Positions 27,077 through 39,452 of a stretch of DNA of 64,000 nt are shown here, in pieces. The stretch's first letter is position 1; the number at the start of each line of letters is the position of its first letter. The notes under the pieces were generated by a model that was not told the DNA's origin, made no database searches, and saw only the letters and a list, made by a program, of their open reading frames with translations. Source of the stretch: Vairimorpha necatrix (taxonomy: Eukaryota); NCBI GenBank assembly GCA_036630325.1, contig CP142732.1, positions 186,001 through 250,000 on the forward strand. Direction: 5' to 3'. A program made the position numbers and the translations under genes.

Positions 27077-28241
27077 GGTTAAATTGCGATGTTACCCCCC
27101 CCCCCACCCCTAAAAAAATAAAAAAAAGGGGAAAAGGGGGAAAAAATAAAAAAAAAGGGGAAAATAAAAAAGGAATAAAATTATGCCCCCAAAATGAACA
27201 TAAAAAATTTTAGAAAATTAATATATAAAAAAGAGGAATTATTTTTATTTCTTCTTGAAAAAAATATATTAAAGGTACCAATGTGTAATAAGTGCATGAC
27301 ACCCATGACCAAAATTAGAAATAGTTTGGACAAATAAAGTTGTTACTTACGACGAAATGGGAGAAAATGCTCAAACAAAGGTAACATTTTACAAAGAAAG
27401 CATTTTTAAAAGTTCTAGATTAGATATCGAAGATCTTATAATTTTGCTGTGTGAATGGGTAAAGGGGGTAAGCAATGTTTCGGCTACTATCGAATTGGAT
27501 ATAGATAGTAGTACCGTATCTCGCTGGTTTACGCGTTTTAATAACGCTGTATTCTTATCCTATTTCAACTACCTTCAAAACAAAACCATAGGAGGTTTAA
27601 ATTGCGTAGTTGAAATAGACGAGACATTGCTTGTTAAAAGTAAAAACCATAACGGTAGAATCCTTCAATACCAAGTTTGGGCCCTTGGTGGTGTTATACG
27701 AGGAGACAGCAATTCTTTTTTTTTCGAAATTGTTGAAAAACGATCAAGAGCTACTCTTGTCGATTTAATAAAACGAAAAATCGCACCTAGGTCTACAATT
27801 ATTACTGATTGTTGGCGGGGTTATGAAGGGGTTTCGGAACTATGTCCGGATTATAACTATTTACATTTAACTGTAAATCATAGCCAAAATTTTGTAAATC
27901 CAACAACAGGCGCCCACACCCAAACAATTGAGGGAATGTGGTCTGTAATTAAAAGGGAATTGCGCAAAGAAGGAACAAGCCATGGTTCTTTAATGAATCT
28001 CATTCGAAAGCTTTATATAGCTCGTTTTAAGTTAATTTATAGAGAATCACTACTTGAAAGAATGTTATGCTTTTTTGAGATTGGTAATATATCATTTTTA
28101 AATTACGATTTAGCGCCCGAATTTGATTTTGAATTGATTAAATAATTTTTTGTTTCCCCTTTTTTTTTATTTTTTTATTTTTTCCCCTTTTCCCCAGTTT
28201 TTTATTTTTTTAGGGGTGGGGGGTAACATCGCAATTTAACC
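27077..28241 (+). mobile_element. Merlin transposon
   Basis: TIR ggttaaattgcgatgttacccc. TSD aaaaaatt. ORF 27357-28145 (VEIDET, ITDCW, HTQTIEGMW); N-terminus disrupted. Confidence 0.95.
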
Positions 28242-29304
28242 AAAAAATTATATAGAGACGGATAAAGAATTACTAGCCTTGGTTGAATGAATTAACCACC
28301 TTAGACATTACTTATTAGGAAGGAAATTTAAACTTAGAACGAACCACAAAGCTCTCATATACTTAATGAGCACAAAATACCCTTCTAGTAGGCTGCTCAA
28401 ATGATCCTTAAAACTCGCAGAATACAACTTTGAATTGGAACGTATAAAAGGGGGAAACAACATTGCCGATGGATTTAGTAGGTTTTATAAGATTGAAGAA
28501 AAAAATAACATTAACGCCGAAGAACTGGACAACAAAGATAAAGAGGACATAATAACAGAATATCATAGGATTTCTGGACATGGGTCAGTTAACACAATGA
28601 AGTTTATGATTTCCCGAAACTACAATTGGAAAGGAATGTATAAGGATATAGAAAATTTTTGCTCAAAATGTAGTATCTGTCTAAGAGCAGGAGGACTAAA
28701 GGTTAAAACAAAAAATAAGGTAATCTGCGCAGATAAGCCAAACGAAGTGTGGGAAATCGATTTAATGGGTAGAATGTATGAAATCTCGGGTTCAAAATAT
28801 GTTTTCGTAGCGATAGATCATTACACGAAATGGATAGAAACCAAAATAATCAAAAATAAAACAGGGCACGAAATATACAAAGCTATCTGTTGTCGAGTTA
28901 GTCTCGAGACAATACTTAGTGGGCTTACTCAAAGAAGATGAATTATTAATAAAGCGTTTATTACTCATTGTGCCCTTCTTGGGGCAATTTGCTTAAATAC
29001 TTTTTAGCAAATATTAATTAAACATATTTCCATTTTGGAGGGAAATAAAAAGAACACAGAAATTGTAGAAATAGGTGTAAGACACATATTTACATCATAA
29101 ATGTTTGTACACCAAAAAGTGTCAAACATTTAATTTATTCCAACGCATGTCAAAAGTCTTTGGGTTTAGGGATTCTAATGGTCAGCGTGGGTTTACCGCA
29201 TGACATACTCCCCCTCTTAGAAGTGATCCACTCTGCTGGATCAGATTCCTCAACTTTCATGATATCCTTTCGATTGACTGAAAATCTTTTTCCTAAAACG
29301 TCTT

Positions 29305-32121
29305 TGTCATGTCCTCAAAACCATGACATCTGTGTTTTACTGTGTTAAAACTTTAATCAGTAAAACACTGCCCCGAACGAATAGTCTAAGGCGGTGATCT
29401 CTAACGATCGGACATGAAACGTTATGTTTCATAAATAAATATAAATAGTCCAAAAAAGTTAGAAGACACCGAGCATGAAGAGTAACTTTAATAACAAATC
29501 AAATAAAAAGAAATATAATACAAATATTTTAGAATTGTATTTAAAAAACGGAGATATTACTCCGGTTCATGTCATTTTGAATTCAAAGACATTAAATGAA
29601 CAAAACGAAAAACGAAATAACGAAGATGACTATATACAAGTCAAAATCAAAGTTCCAGACTCGGACCTGGAATTTACGAAGAAATTAAAAATAATAAAAA
29701 ACATCGAAAAATTCGATTTCATTCCTTGGTTTAAGGAATTTGAAGAAATAGCCACACAGAACAAATGGAATGCTGAACAAGGCATCATGATACTACGAAA
29801 TTTAATTACTGATCGACGCCTAGAAGCGGATATTTTCATTACAGATGCAGCAACAACCAAAAGAAACTTAATTAAACATATTTTTGAGCAAGATGCTAAA
29901 GAAATGTTGCAAGAAGCCTTTAAGGTAAAACAAATAGATTTTCTTTTTATAGAAAACTATTATGAAAAGATTTACAACAAGATAAGTATCTATAGCGCTT
30001 ATTACGAAATAAGCAAATCGGAATTTAACAGACATTTAAGCGAATGCTTTTATCAAGGGTTAGGAAGAAACTCTACGTTTGAAATAATAAAACATAACTT
30101 AGGCGAGAACGTCTTAAATGCTTATAATCACCTAAAAAATATTGAGAAAATGATTCGAAAGAAAGCAGAAACTAAGAAAATAAACAAGGTGTCTAATGAC
30201 GAGCCAGTATATCAAGAAAGAGAAGGATCATACAGTAAAAAGTTTTCAAACAAGACGAATAACCCAAGATCTTCGTATATAAATAAATGGTGTTCTATAC
30301 ACAAAAACACTAGCCACGACACCAAAGACTGTTATTACAATAAAGACCGACAAAATGAAAATAAGAAGAAAGAAACAAGAGAAAATCTTAAGATAATCAA
30401 AGAACCAATAAAAGTAATAAATGGAATTGAATTAGAAGGTTCAATTGAAAAGAAAGAAACCAGATTTTTAATCGATACTACAGGTGCCACAAGAAATTTT
30501 ATTAGTAATAAAAAGATCAAAGAATTGAAATTATCACCCATTGAAGATGTGGAAATCCAAACAAAATTTGCCAATGAGCAAAAAGAAATAACTAACAAAA
30601 CAGTACTTGTTAGAATAACATTAAAGAATCTAATGAAAGAAAAATACGTAAGATTTTATATATTAAAAAACAACAGCGATGATGTAATATTAGGAAATGA
30701 ATTCCTAGTCGCAAATGAAGCAATAGTAAATTACAAAGAAGGAACAATTTATGTAGGAAGTGAGAGATTGAAATTTCTACATAACGACGAATGTTGCGAA
30801 TTAGACGCAATGTTATTTGAGAAAATGAATGTGTGCAAACAGGTAGATGAATGTGCATTAAAAACAGAAAATAAAAAGAACTTTAAAAAAGATGAAAAAG
30901 AAAGAATTTATATTGACAGAAAAATGACTAAAGAATTTATTAAATTTGTCCACGAATTGTCGGGACATTGCGGGCAAGTAATCATGTATTTAAACTTAAA
31001 AAGATGGTACAACATCATAAACATTAGAACAGTTATCCGCAAGATATGCAATCAGTGTATCGTATGTAAAGAAAACAAGGATTTTAAACAACAGAATCTA
31101 GAAAGAAATAAAATAGATAGCAGTGCACCATTTGAAATAATAAGCACAGATATTTTTGGTCTTTTTCTCCTGGAGGAGTTTGAGGGCGACTCTCTAAACC
31201 ATAAGGGTTATATCTTGACCATAACCGATGTGTTTTCGAGATTCACGAGAATTTGGTTTGGTGAGAAGTTTAGGAGTGAGGAAGTTATTATGTGTTTAAA
31301 CGAATGGAGTGATGATTTTGCGAAGCCTAAAGCGCTAATTTCGGACAATGGTCCGCAATATAAAAGTAAAAAAATGAAAGATTATACTAATAAAATACAA
31401 ATCGAACATCGGCTAATACCGATATATTACCCTCAAAGCAATGGAATTTCAGAACGTATAAATCAAACAATTGCAGAAGTGCTGAGAATGAATATAGGAA
31501 AGAATATAAAACACATTATTATGCAAATTGAACATCGGATAAATAATAATGTTAATACCACACTGGGAATTGCGCCTAGAGAAGCAATTTATAAGAATAG
31601 TTTTTATGACATTGAGAAAAGGGTTAATGTGCCATTTTTGCGAAACATACCTGCAGTTGAAGTGAACTATAAGCGACGTATCGCAGTAAATGACATTGTA
31701 TACTTAAAAAATTATAGCAATAATAAACTCGAGCGGAAATACTATGGGCCGTTTAAAGTTATGGAAATCGGTAAGAAAGGAAGTTGGGTTCGACTTAAAG
31801 ACATGCCCAACTGGGTTCATATTAAACAGTTGAAGCTGTAGGGGGGCAGACTGTCATGTCCTCAAAACCATGACATCTGTGTTTTACTGTGTTAAAACTT
31901 TAATCAGTAAAACACTGCCCCGAACGAATAGTCTAAGGCGGTGATCTCTAACGATCGGACATGAAACGTTATGTTTCATAAATAAATATAAATAGTCCAA
32001 AAAAGTTAGAAGACACCGAGCATGAAGAGTAACTTTAATAACAAATCAAATAAAAAGAAATATAATACAAATATTTTAGAATTGTATTTAAAAAACGGAG
32101 ATATTACTCCGGTTCATGTCA
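29305..32121 (+). mobile_element. RT-less LTR element (Gag-PR-IN), palindrome-PBS group
   Basis: 270-bp LTRs 29305-29574 and 31852-32121, identical by eye. TSD gtctt. PPT AGGGGGGCAGAC. One intact ORF. Confidence 0.96.
29475..31841 (+). CDS. 788-aa Gag / aspartic protease-like / integrase polyprotein lacking RT and RNase H
   Basis: WCSIHKNTSHDTKDC knuckle, LIDTTGA...ILG protease motifs, HHCC zinc finger, D-D35-E core (STD, SDNG, ISE), GPF motif. No YxDD or TDAS motif. Confidence 0.92.
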   Translation: MKSNFNNKSNKKKYNTNILELYLKNGDITPVHVILNSKTLNEQNEKRNNEDDYIQVKIKVPDSDLEFTKKLKIIKNIEKFDFIPWFKEFEEIATQNKWNAEQGIMILRNLITDRRLEADIFITDAATTKRNLIKHIFEQDAKEMLQEAFKVKQIDFLFIENYYEKIYNKISIYSAYYEISKSEFNRHLSECFYQGLGRNSTFEIIKHNLGENVLNAYNHLKNIEKMIRKKAETKKINKVSNDEPVYQEREGSYSKKFSNKTNNPRSSYINKWCSIHKNTSHDTKDCYYNKDRQNENKKKETRENLKIIKEPIKVINGIELEGSIEKKETRFLIDTTGATRNFISNKKIKELKLSPIEDVEIQTKFANEQKEITNKTVLVRITLKNLMKEKYVRFYILKNNSDDVILGNEFLVANEAIVNYKEGTIYVGSERLKFLHNDECCELDAMLFEKMNVCKQVDECALKTENKKNFKKDEKERIYIDRKMTKEFIKFVHELSGHCGQVIMYLNLKRWYNIINIRTVIRKICNQCIVCKENKDFKQQNLERNKIDSSAPFEIISTDIFGLFLLEEFEGDSLNHKGYILTITDVFSRFTRIWFGEKFRSEEVIMCLNEWSDDFAKPKALISDNGPQYKSKKMKDYTNKIQIEHRLIPIYYPQSNGISERINQTIAEVLRMNIGKNIKHIIMQIEHRINNNVNTTLGIAPREAIYKNSFYDIEKRVNVPFLRNIPAVEVNYKRRIAVNDIVYLKNYSNNKLERKYYGPFKVMEIGKKGSWVRLKDMPNWVHIKQLKL

Positions 32122-35100
32122 GTCTTCAATATCATAGTTGCCATTTCTTCCAACTTTAATAATTCTAAAAAAAACCATCGAACCTGTTATCTAGTTTATT
32201 TAAACGTTCATTTGGTTGTTTCCTTCTTCTTACATAATCGTTTAGCTTTAAGTCTTCAGGATCTTGTCCTGGTTTCACTTTGTCCATTTCCGTCAGTCTA
32301 ATTTCTCGTTCTAAGTTTAATAATGTATCTCGAAATTGATTTAGTCGCTCAATAATTAAGTTATTATCTTCTTCAACCTCTGCTAATAACTTATTCTCAT
32401 TAACAACCCGATTAGGTGCTCTACCAAATAATAATTCATATGGAGAATGTCCCGTTGATCTTCTTGGAGATATTCTATATGCGTATACGGCATATGGTAA
32501 GTACTCATCCCATTTTTTCCAACGCCCGTCCACTATCTTTGCTAGTTTTCCTATCAGAGTCTGATTTGTTCTCTCGGCTAATCCATTACATTTAGGATTG
32601 TAGCTCGAGGTAAACGATTTCTTGGTGCTCATCATGTTGCACACTCTTTTAACCAGTGAATTGGTAAATTCAGTTCCTTGGTCTGACAACAGTTCTTTTG
32701 GAGGGCCATATTGTAAAAATATTTTGTTTACAAGAAATTCAGCTATTACGTTCGCCGATTTTGTTTTTATCGCCTCAGCTTCAAACCATCTCGTTATATA
32801 ATCCGTTGCAATAATTATAAATTTATTGCCGTTTTCCGATTTTGGGAGAGGTCCAACGAGATCGATTCCAACTTTGTCCAGTGGATTAGTTAAAGGGAGT
32901 CTTATTTTCTGTAAATTTTTTACGCCTCGTGAGAATTTATTGCAAACAGAACATGATTTTAAAATATCTTTTACTTCATTATACATCCCTTTCCAGATTA
33001 AGTCCTTTCTCAATAAGGTATACGTGGCATCCACACCACCGTGTCCACAGTCATTATGACTTCTCATAATAGCTTCCAATTTAGCTTCCTCTGAAATTTT
33101 CTTGTTCTCTCTTCAGCGACATTCATCACTATCCTACTCATTGCGTCTGCGATCACGTTGATCTTTCCTGGTAGGTATTCGATCTTATAATTATATTCTT
33201 GAAGAGTGAGTATCCACCTCATTAACCTTCCTGATGTTTCTTTCAAATTTAACAGCCATTTCAAGGCCTGATTATCAGTTCTTATGGTAAATTCTCTAGT
33301 AAGGTATACTCGAAGCTTTTTAACCGCCCAAATTACTGCCAAACACTCTTTTTTGGTCACTGTGTAATTAATTTCTGCAGCTGATAGCTTCCGCGATATA
33401 CAGATTACAGGTATTAATTTATTTTCGTAGCCATCCAATTGAGATAATACGGCTCCTATTGCCAAGTTCGATGCATCAGTGTCGATATAAAACCTTTTAT
33501 CAAAGTTAGGTAAAAGTAATCCCGACGCCTTTCTTATTTCTGCTTTCATTATCTCAAAAGCTTCTGATGCTTCTTCGCTTAGAACAAACTTAGTTTTTTC
33601 CTTTCCTTTTAGTAATTCATATAGGGGTAGCATCTTTTGTGCATAATCCTTGATAAACCTATTGAAGAATGCCGAAAATCCGTTAAATGCCCGGATATCC
33701 TTCTTTGTCTGCGGTGACTTCCATTCCATAGTTTTCATTTTTTGTTGTAACGGTATTTCTACTTTACCGTTAATTACCTCATAACCTAGGAATTCGACTT
33801 TTCCTGCACAAACTTACATTTTTTTTTTATTTAACTTAAATCCTATTTTTCTGATAATTTCGAGAATCTGTCTCAGATGTATTAAGTGAGATTTGTGATC
33901 TTTTGAAAATACTAGAATATCATCCAAATAAACCATGACGCATTTATGCATATACTATTTAAAATATTTATTCATTATTCTTTGAAATGTAAAGGGAGCG
34001 TTAATAAGCCCAAACGGCATCTTTTTCCATTGAAAAACTCCTTCTCTAGTGTAAAATGCTGTTTTAAATCGGTCCTCCTTTTTAACTGTTACTTGATTGT
34101 AAGCTGCTTCTACATCCATTACACTGAAAATTCTTGCGCCTTGCAATTGATCCAAAGTTTCGTCGATACGCGGGATCGGATATTCGCATGGTATAGTAAT
34201 TGTATTTAGTCTTCTAAAGTCGATGCAAAATCTCAACCCACCATCCTTTTTTTTACTAGTACCACTGGTGACACATATGGGCTTTGGCTTTCTTCAATCA
34301 AACCTTGAGTTAGGAATTTCTGAACCTCTGCCCTAATTGTCTCATGTTCTTCCGGAGATCGTTTATACTTAGGACATATAGACATTTTGGAACCCTCCAT
34401 CAGCTCGATTGCATGTTCTATATCAATATTTATCTGTTTATTTTCATCCTGAAACACGCCTCCAAATTCAGATATCAAGTCTTTAAATTCTTGTTTGGTA
34501 TTGTCTTCGTCGCAATCAATGTCTTCTAATAATTCTTGAATATCAGTACAGGATTCTATTACTTCGTTTTCAAACTTAGCTTCCATTACAATATTTTTGT
34601 TTGTGATTTTATCTTTTTGCTTCTTCTGAGCAAGATATGAAAATAGATTTAGTCTTCGAATCTCCTCAATGCCTAACAACATCGATTCCTCCATATCTTC
34701 GACTACTAAGAAATTAAAACCTTTCGGCTGTTTTTCACCTTTCTTTTTTATGTTTAGGTAACATCTACCTACAATCTGACGCCCTCCCTTTAAGCCCTTA
34801 ATTTCTCCGGCTTCTTTCTGAATGGGAGCGTCGAGTTGTACCGCTACTGCTTTTTTAATTACCGACACTGTAGCTCCTGTGTCTAAAAGTGCATTCACAA
34901 TATTATCGCCATAGACCAACTCAATTCTTGGTCTATTATCTTCCTGATTCTTCACCTTAGCTGAAATACTAAGGACTTTCCTCATTCCGTCAGATATTGA
35001 TCGCCCTGTCGACTCTGCGACTACTTTGTCAACGGGTTGATCTCTCTTTGCAAATTCTTTTCTTGGAAATGTAGTAATGCTTTGCTTTCTTCCGAAATAA

Positions 35101-36335
35101 CGTAATTTTTTATTCATCGGCTTTTCGTTTTCTTCTAGGTAGGCTTCAAGTTCGTCCCAATTTTCACACGTGTTGAGATGAAATCTAAAATGTTCATCCT
35201 CTACTAACTCCACGATTCTTTCCTTTGCTCTTGTATATAAAAGTTCATTTTCTTCTCCGTAAATTCGTAAACTATAGTAATAAGAGATTACATCTGAGGT
35301 CTTGGGTCCTTCCTAGATACATCTCCAAAAGAACTCTGCGTTCTCTGTAACTTTTACTTCCTTGACGAATCTCTTTTTAAAGCCTTTAATAAATTTTTTA
35401 TAGGTTTCCAATTTCTTTTCGTGGGCTTTAAACCACAGGCTTGCTTTTCCTTTCAGCATCCTCGTAATCTTATGGTGCAGATAATTTGCAGCCCATTTTG
35501 TCTCAAATGCCAGAAATTGATCTAGAAAGGCCTTGGGATCCTCATTCTCATAACCATTGAATTCACTCAGTTTGTCAGTTAGTGCTAAATTCTTCAATCC
35601 TTCCATTACCAGGCCAAGGGAATCTTTTTCTGAAATCTCTCCGTTGTCGCCACTTGTTGTCGAGTTAGTCTCGAGACAATACTTAGTGGGCTTACTCAAA
35701 GAAGATGAATTATTAATAAAGCGTTTATTACTCATTGTGCCCTTCTTGGGGCAATTTGCTTAAATACTTTTTAGCAAATATTAATTAAACATATTTCCAT
35801 TTTGGAGGGAAATAAAAAGAACACAGAAATTGTAGAAATAGGTGTAAGACACATATTTACATCATAAATGTTTGTACACCAAAAAGTGTCAAACATTTAA
35901 TTTATTCCAAACGCATGTCAAAAGTCTTTGGGTTTAGGGATTCTAATGGTCAGCGTGGGTTTACCGCATGACACTATCAATTTACTAATAATAAAAAAAA
36001 CATGGAATTTTCGATAGAATTTTGACGGACAATGGGTTAGAGTTCAACAATAAACTAGTCCTATTACTTCAAAATAAATATAATATTAGTGGGAATTTGG
36101 GTCCCCATACCATCACCAAACAACAGGAGCAGTGGAACGAGAAAACCAGACTCTAAAAAACGTAATAAGAAGGTTGTCTTGCTTTGGACATTTAAACTGG
36201 AGTCTTTTTTAGGGGACGCTACACTAGTGTTAATATGTCATTCAACCGCACAATAGGAACTTCTCCATTCATAATGAAGCATGGACACCAACTTATGACA
36301 GAAATAAATAAGAGATTAAATATCAAGCCGAAATG

Positions 36336-37492
36336 GGCGCTACAAAAAAAATCGATCCCTCTACTTAAAACAGTATAAAAAAATTATCACTTCTTTAAAA
36401 TCAAAAAAATCTCTCGATTTTTTACTCTATTGTCTATTTTTTTTTCTAGGGGGTCGATTTCCCAAGCTATGGTATTTTTTATTATTATTTTTCCATTTTC
36501 TTACCTTTTATGCTAGTAGAAGGAATTTTAGAAAAGGTAGGAGGCTTTGATCCTTGGAATCCTATATTCCAAGATAATGACATGGCAATTACACTTTTGT
36601 TAGAAGTGGGTGTAATAAAACCTGTTATGCCATGTGTATCTAATACTTGTATGGGAAACATGAAAATAATTAAAACAGATTCCTTCATTGATGGGAAAGG
36701 GTACAAATGCCCAAGTAAAAAATGTAAAAGAAAGTGCTCCTTAAAAAAAAGCACCAATTTTTTTACATCGAATATAGAATTTAAGAAGATTCTAAGGTGC
36801 TTATATTGTTGGGTCTTTTCATACACCAATTATCAGGCTATTAATTTTTGTCAGATAGCCGAGTCCACATGCATTGAATTTAAAAATGTATTAATGGATA
36901 TTATAAGTGAGACTCCTTCTAGAATTGAAAAGATAGGTGGAGAAAATACACGTATTTAAATTGATGAAACGGCCATATGCAATGGTCTGGTGATTGATAA
37001 TCCATCGTCTATACATGACGATACTCAAAGTATACAATGGATACTTGGAGGAGTTATAGAAGGTGATGGAACGAATTTTTTTGTTTCATTAGTTCCTAAT
37101 AGAAAACATGAAAATCTATTAGAAGAGTTTAAAAAATATATACGCCCAGGAACTATTATTGTTACTGATGGATATCCATCATATCCTAAAGCTGTGGCTA
37201 ATTTTGGATCAGTACATGAAATAGTAAATCATAGTAAGGGATTTGTTAATGGAGAGGGTGGTCATACAAACCAGATTGAAAATTTCTGGTCCCACTTAAA
37301 ACACGAATATAGAAAAAGAAGTGGGTTAAACCATAATCGTATTTCTAAATTTTTAGAAGAATTTTCTTGGCGTAAAAGACATTGCCAATATAAAAAAATA
37401 TTTAATTCCTCATGCTTTTGCTTTACTTCTAATAAAATGTTTGGTTACTCAATAAATATTCATTTTTGGGGGTCGATTTTCCTAGTAGGACC
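36336..37492 (+). mobile_element. Merlin transposon with a premature stop
   Basis: Imperfect TIR. Degenerate 8-bp TSD (ccgaaatg / caaaaatg). ORFs 36510-36959 and 36990-37535 (VTDG, HTNQIENFW). Confidence 0.88.
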
Positions 37493-37570
37493 CAAAAATG
37501 TATTTAAAACAATACCTTGTAGAAAAGAGAGATAAAAACTTCATTAAATACAAAAAAGCATAGGCAAGGG

Positions 37571-39101
37571 GGTGGCCGGATATTTCGTCCCGGTGGTAGG
37601 GGAAAAAAAATAAAAATAAAACTTTAATATTTCAATAATTTCAAAGACAAAATCTTAACCAACCCCTTCATCCACAGTTTTATTCAAAAAATCAGCTAGC
37701 TGAATCTCTTTTTCAATGTATTTTTGTTTACGTTCAAAAACATGATTTAAAATTGTTTGTTGGATTATCTTGATTCGCACTATATCTTCTTCATCCTTTT
37801 ACTTGCTCACTAATAGATAAAAACTGTATCGACTTGTACCAAATGTGTTTTTAAAGGTATTATGCCAATCTTCAATCGCATTATTAGTTCTTGGAAAATC
37901 TATATCCATATTATTTCTCGTATGCCACAAATCCGGCGAAAAACGACATCCTAAATCAATATAATTTGTAAAGAAATAGGCATATAACTCAGTCAAGCAT
38001 TCAGAGAAATTTCTGTCTTGTTTTAATTCCAAAAAAGTAGACAATATTTCGTCATATTCAACATATGCAAGTGCCGTAAGAGACAAAACAAATTTTTTCA
38101 CTATAGGTGAACATGTGTAAACAGAAGAAAGTCCCGAACTTTTAACACGTCTATCAATAGCCTGGGCTAAGTGAAAAAGACAACCCGAAATTTGACAATC
38201 CGGGAAAACTCTAGAAAATGCTCTTATCGCAGCATACTCAAAATCGGTTTTTATCAACCTTGGGTTGAGCTCTGGAAACCTTCTCTTTAACATTTGAAAC
38301 AAAAAACAATAGGTTTCAAAACTTTTATTTTTTAAAATTGCAAATATTATCGGAAATACATGCGCTTCACGGATAAAACTAATTGTGTAAAGTTGATAAT
38401 ATGGAATTGGAACCACCGTAAAGGTCCCATCCATCGCCCACATGTCATATAGAGCCAGTTTTCCATAGCCGGATCTGTATAAAAAACTATTATACTGTCA
38501 TTGGATTTATCACTCCCGTAATTTTCAGGCCCATATCGATACCATTGTTCGCCTGTATGACTGATTAATAAATCAGCACATAAACCCAATGTTTGGTTGG
38601 CGTATGGTTTTGGATTTATGAAATTTAGCCTAGCTTTCCTTAATATCCTCGTAATAGGCTCAATGGGGTCTATTGCGGTGATTGTTTCTTCACCAGCTCC
38701 TCTTAAGGAAGAAAAAAAAATGTTTCTAGGAGAATCTTTGCCAGAGATAATTTCTCGTTTCATTTTATCTATTTTATTCTTCCTACAGACCTGTTCAGGA
38801 TTTGGTTCATGATTATGAGGCGAAGAAATAATAAAGGATTCGAGATTATTGACGTAAACTATACTACTAATGGCCTTGGCATTACAGCTTCGTACAATGC
38901 AGCGCCACTTTATAGTAGTATTGTTGATTCTTTTTTTTATTCGTAAATATATAGATTTTCATCTATTATTTGGTCCATATTTCTTTTGCTTTTAATGATC
39001 CTTTTTGTCCCGGTCATAGGGGTTAAAAAAAATAAAAAAGTTCGTTTTTTTATTTTTTAATTTTTTTAACCCCTATGACCGGGACGAAAAGACCGGGTAC
39101 C
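37571..39101 (-). mobile_element. MULE (Mutator-like) transposon, frameshifted
   Basis: TIRs ggtggccgga...tttcgtcccggt / rc ggtacccggt...tttcgtcccggt. Motifs WAMDGTF, TDFE, GCLFH, RTNNAIE. N-terminal WRC...HNH. No TSD seen. Confidence 0.9.
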
Positions 39102-39452
39102 GACTGAATGTATGCTTCCAGAAATGTGCGGATTTCTGCAGAATGCAAATAAGATTTTAAAATATTAATATATATATATATACACAATATTAATATGGCT
39201 TAGAAACAATGAATTCCTAGACTTTTAAAATTTTACAACTGTGACTATCATTATGGAAAAAATATTTTATTTTGACATTACAATTGATTTTTAGTAAAAA
39301 TTAAATTAAATTTTGAATTTCTTTAAAATGTCAAGAGAATTTAAAAAATTTAAAGGCCGTATTGTATTTCAAAAAAATACCATCTGGTCATCTTTTTAAT
39401 TGAGTTGTTACTCTGTAGACAAAGAAAAATTAGTAATAAATTTCTGCTAAAC

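Larger units (their letters stand above)
28888..35973 (-). mobile_element. Near-complete Ty3/gypsy retrotransposon (frameshifted)
   Basis: LTRs 28888-29205 and 35655-35973 look near-identical (one indel seen). TSD ctatc. PBS TGGCGACAACG, PPT AAGAGGGGGAG. gag 35313-35735, protease LLDTGA, RT, RNase H 33064-33738, integrase 32165-33079. Confidence 0.95.
24668..37570 (+). mobile_element. Degenerate Ty3/gypsy element hosting two Merlins and a nested gypsy; 3' end lost
   Basis: PBS TGGCGACAACG at 24741. RT ORF 25817-26659 (YLDD), RNase H from 26815, integrase 28435-28887 resuming at 35979. The 5' LTR boundary is inferred. Confidence 0.85.

Noticed and set aside
29440-29590. Tf1-style self-priming by PBS pairing with the LTR R region
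   Set aside because: Only a weak partial complement (agtccaaaa) was found here, and none in the 45254-45504 LTR.
32165-35735. Programmed frameshifts in gypsy pol
   Set aside because: There are several breaks, often at homopolymer runs inside domains. Decay or sequencing error is more likely.
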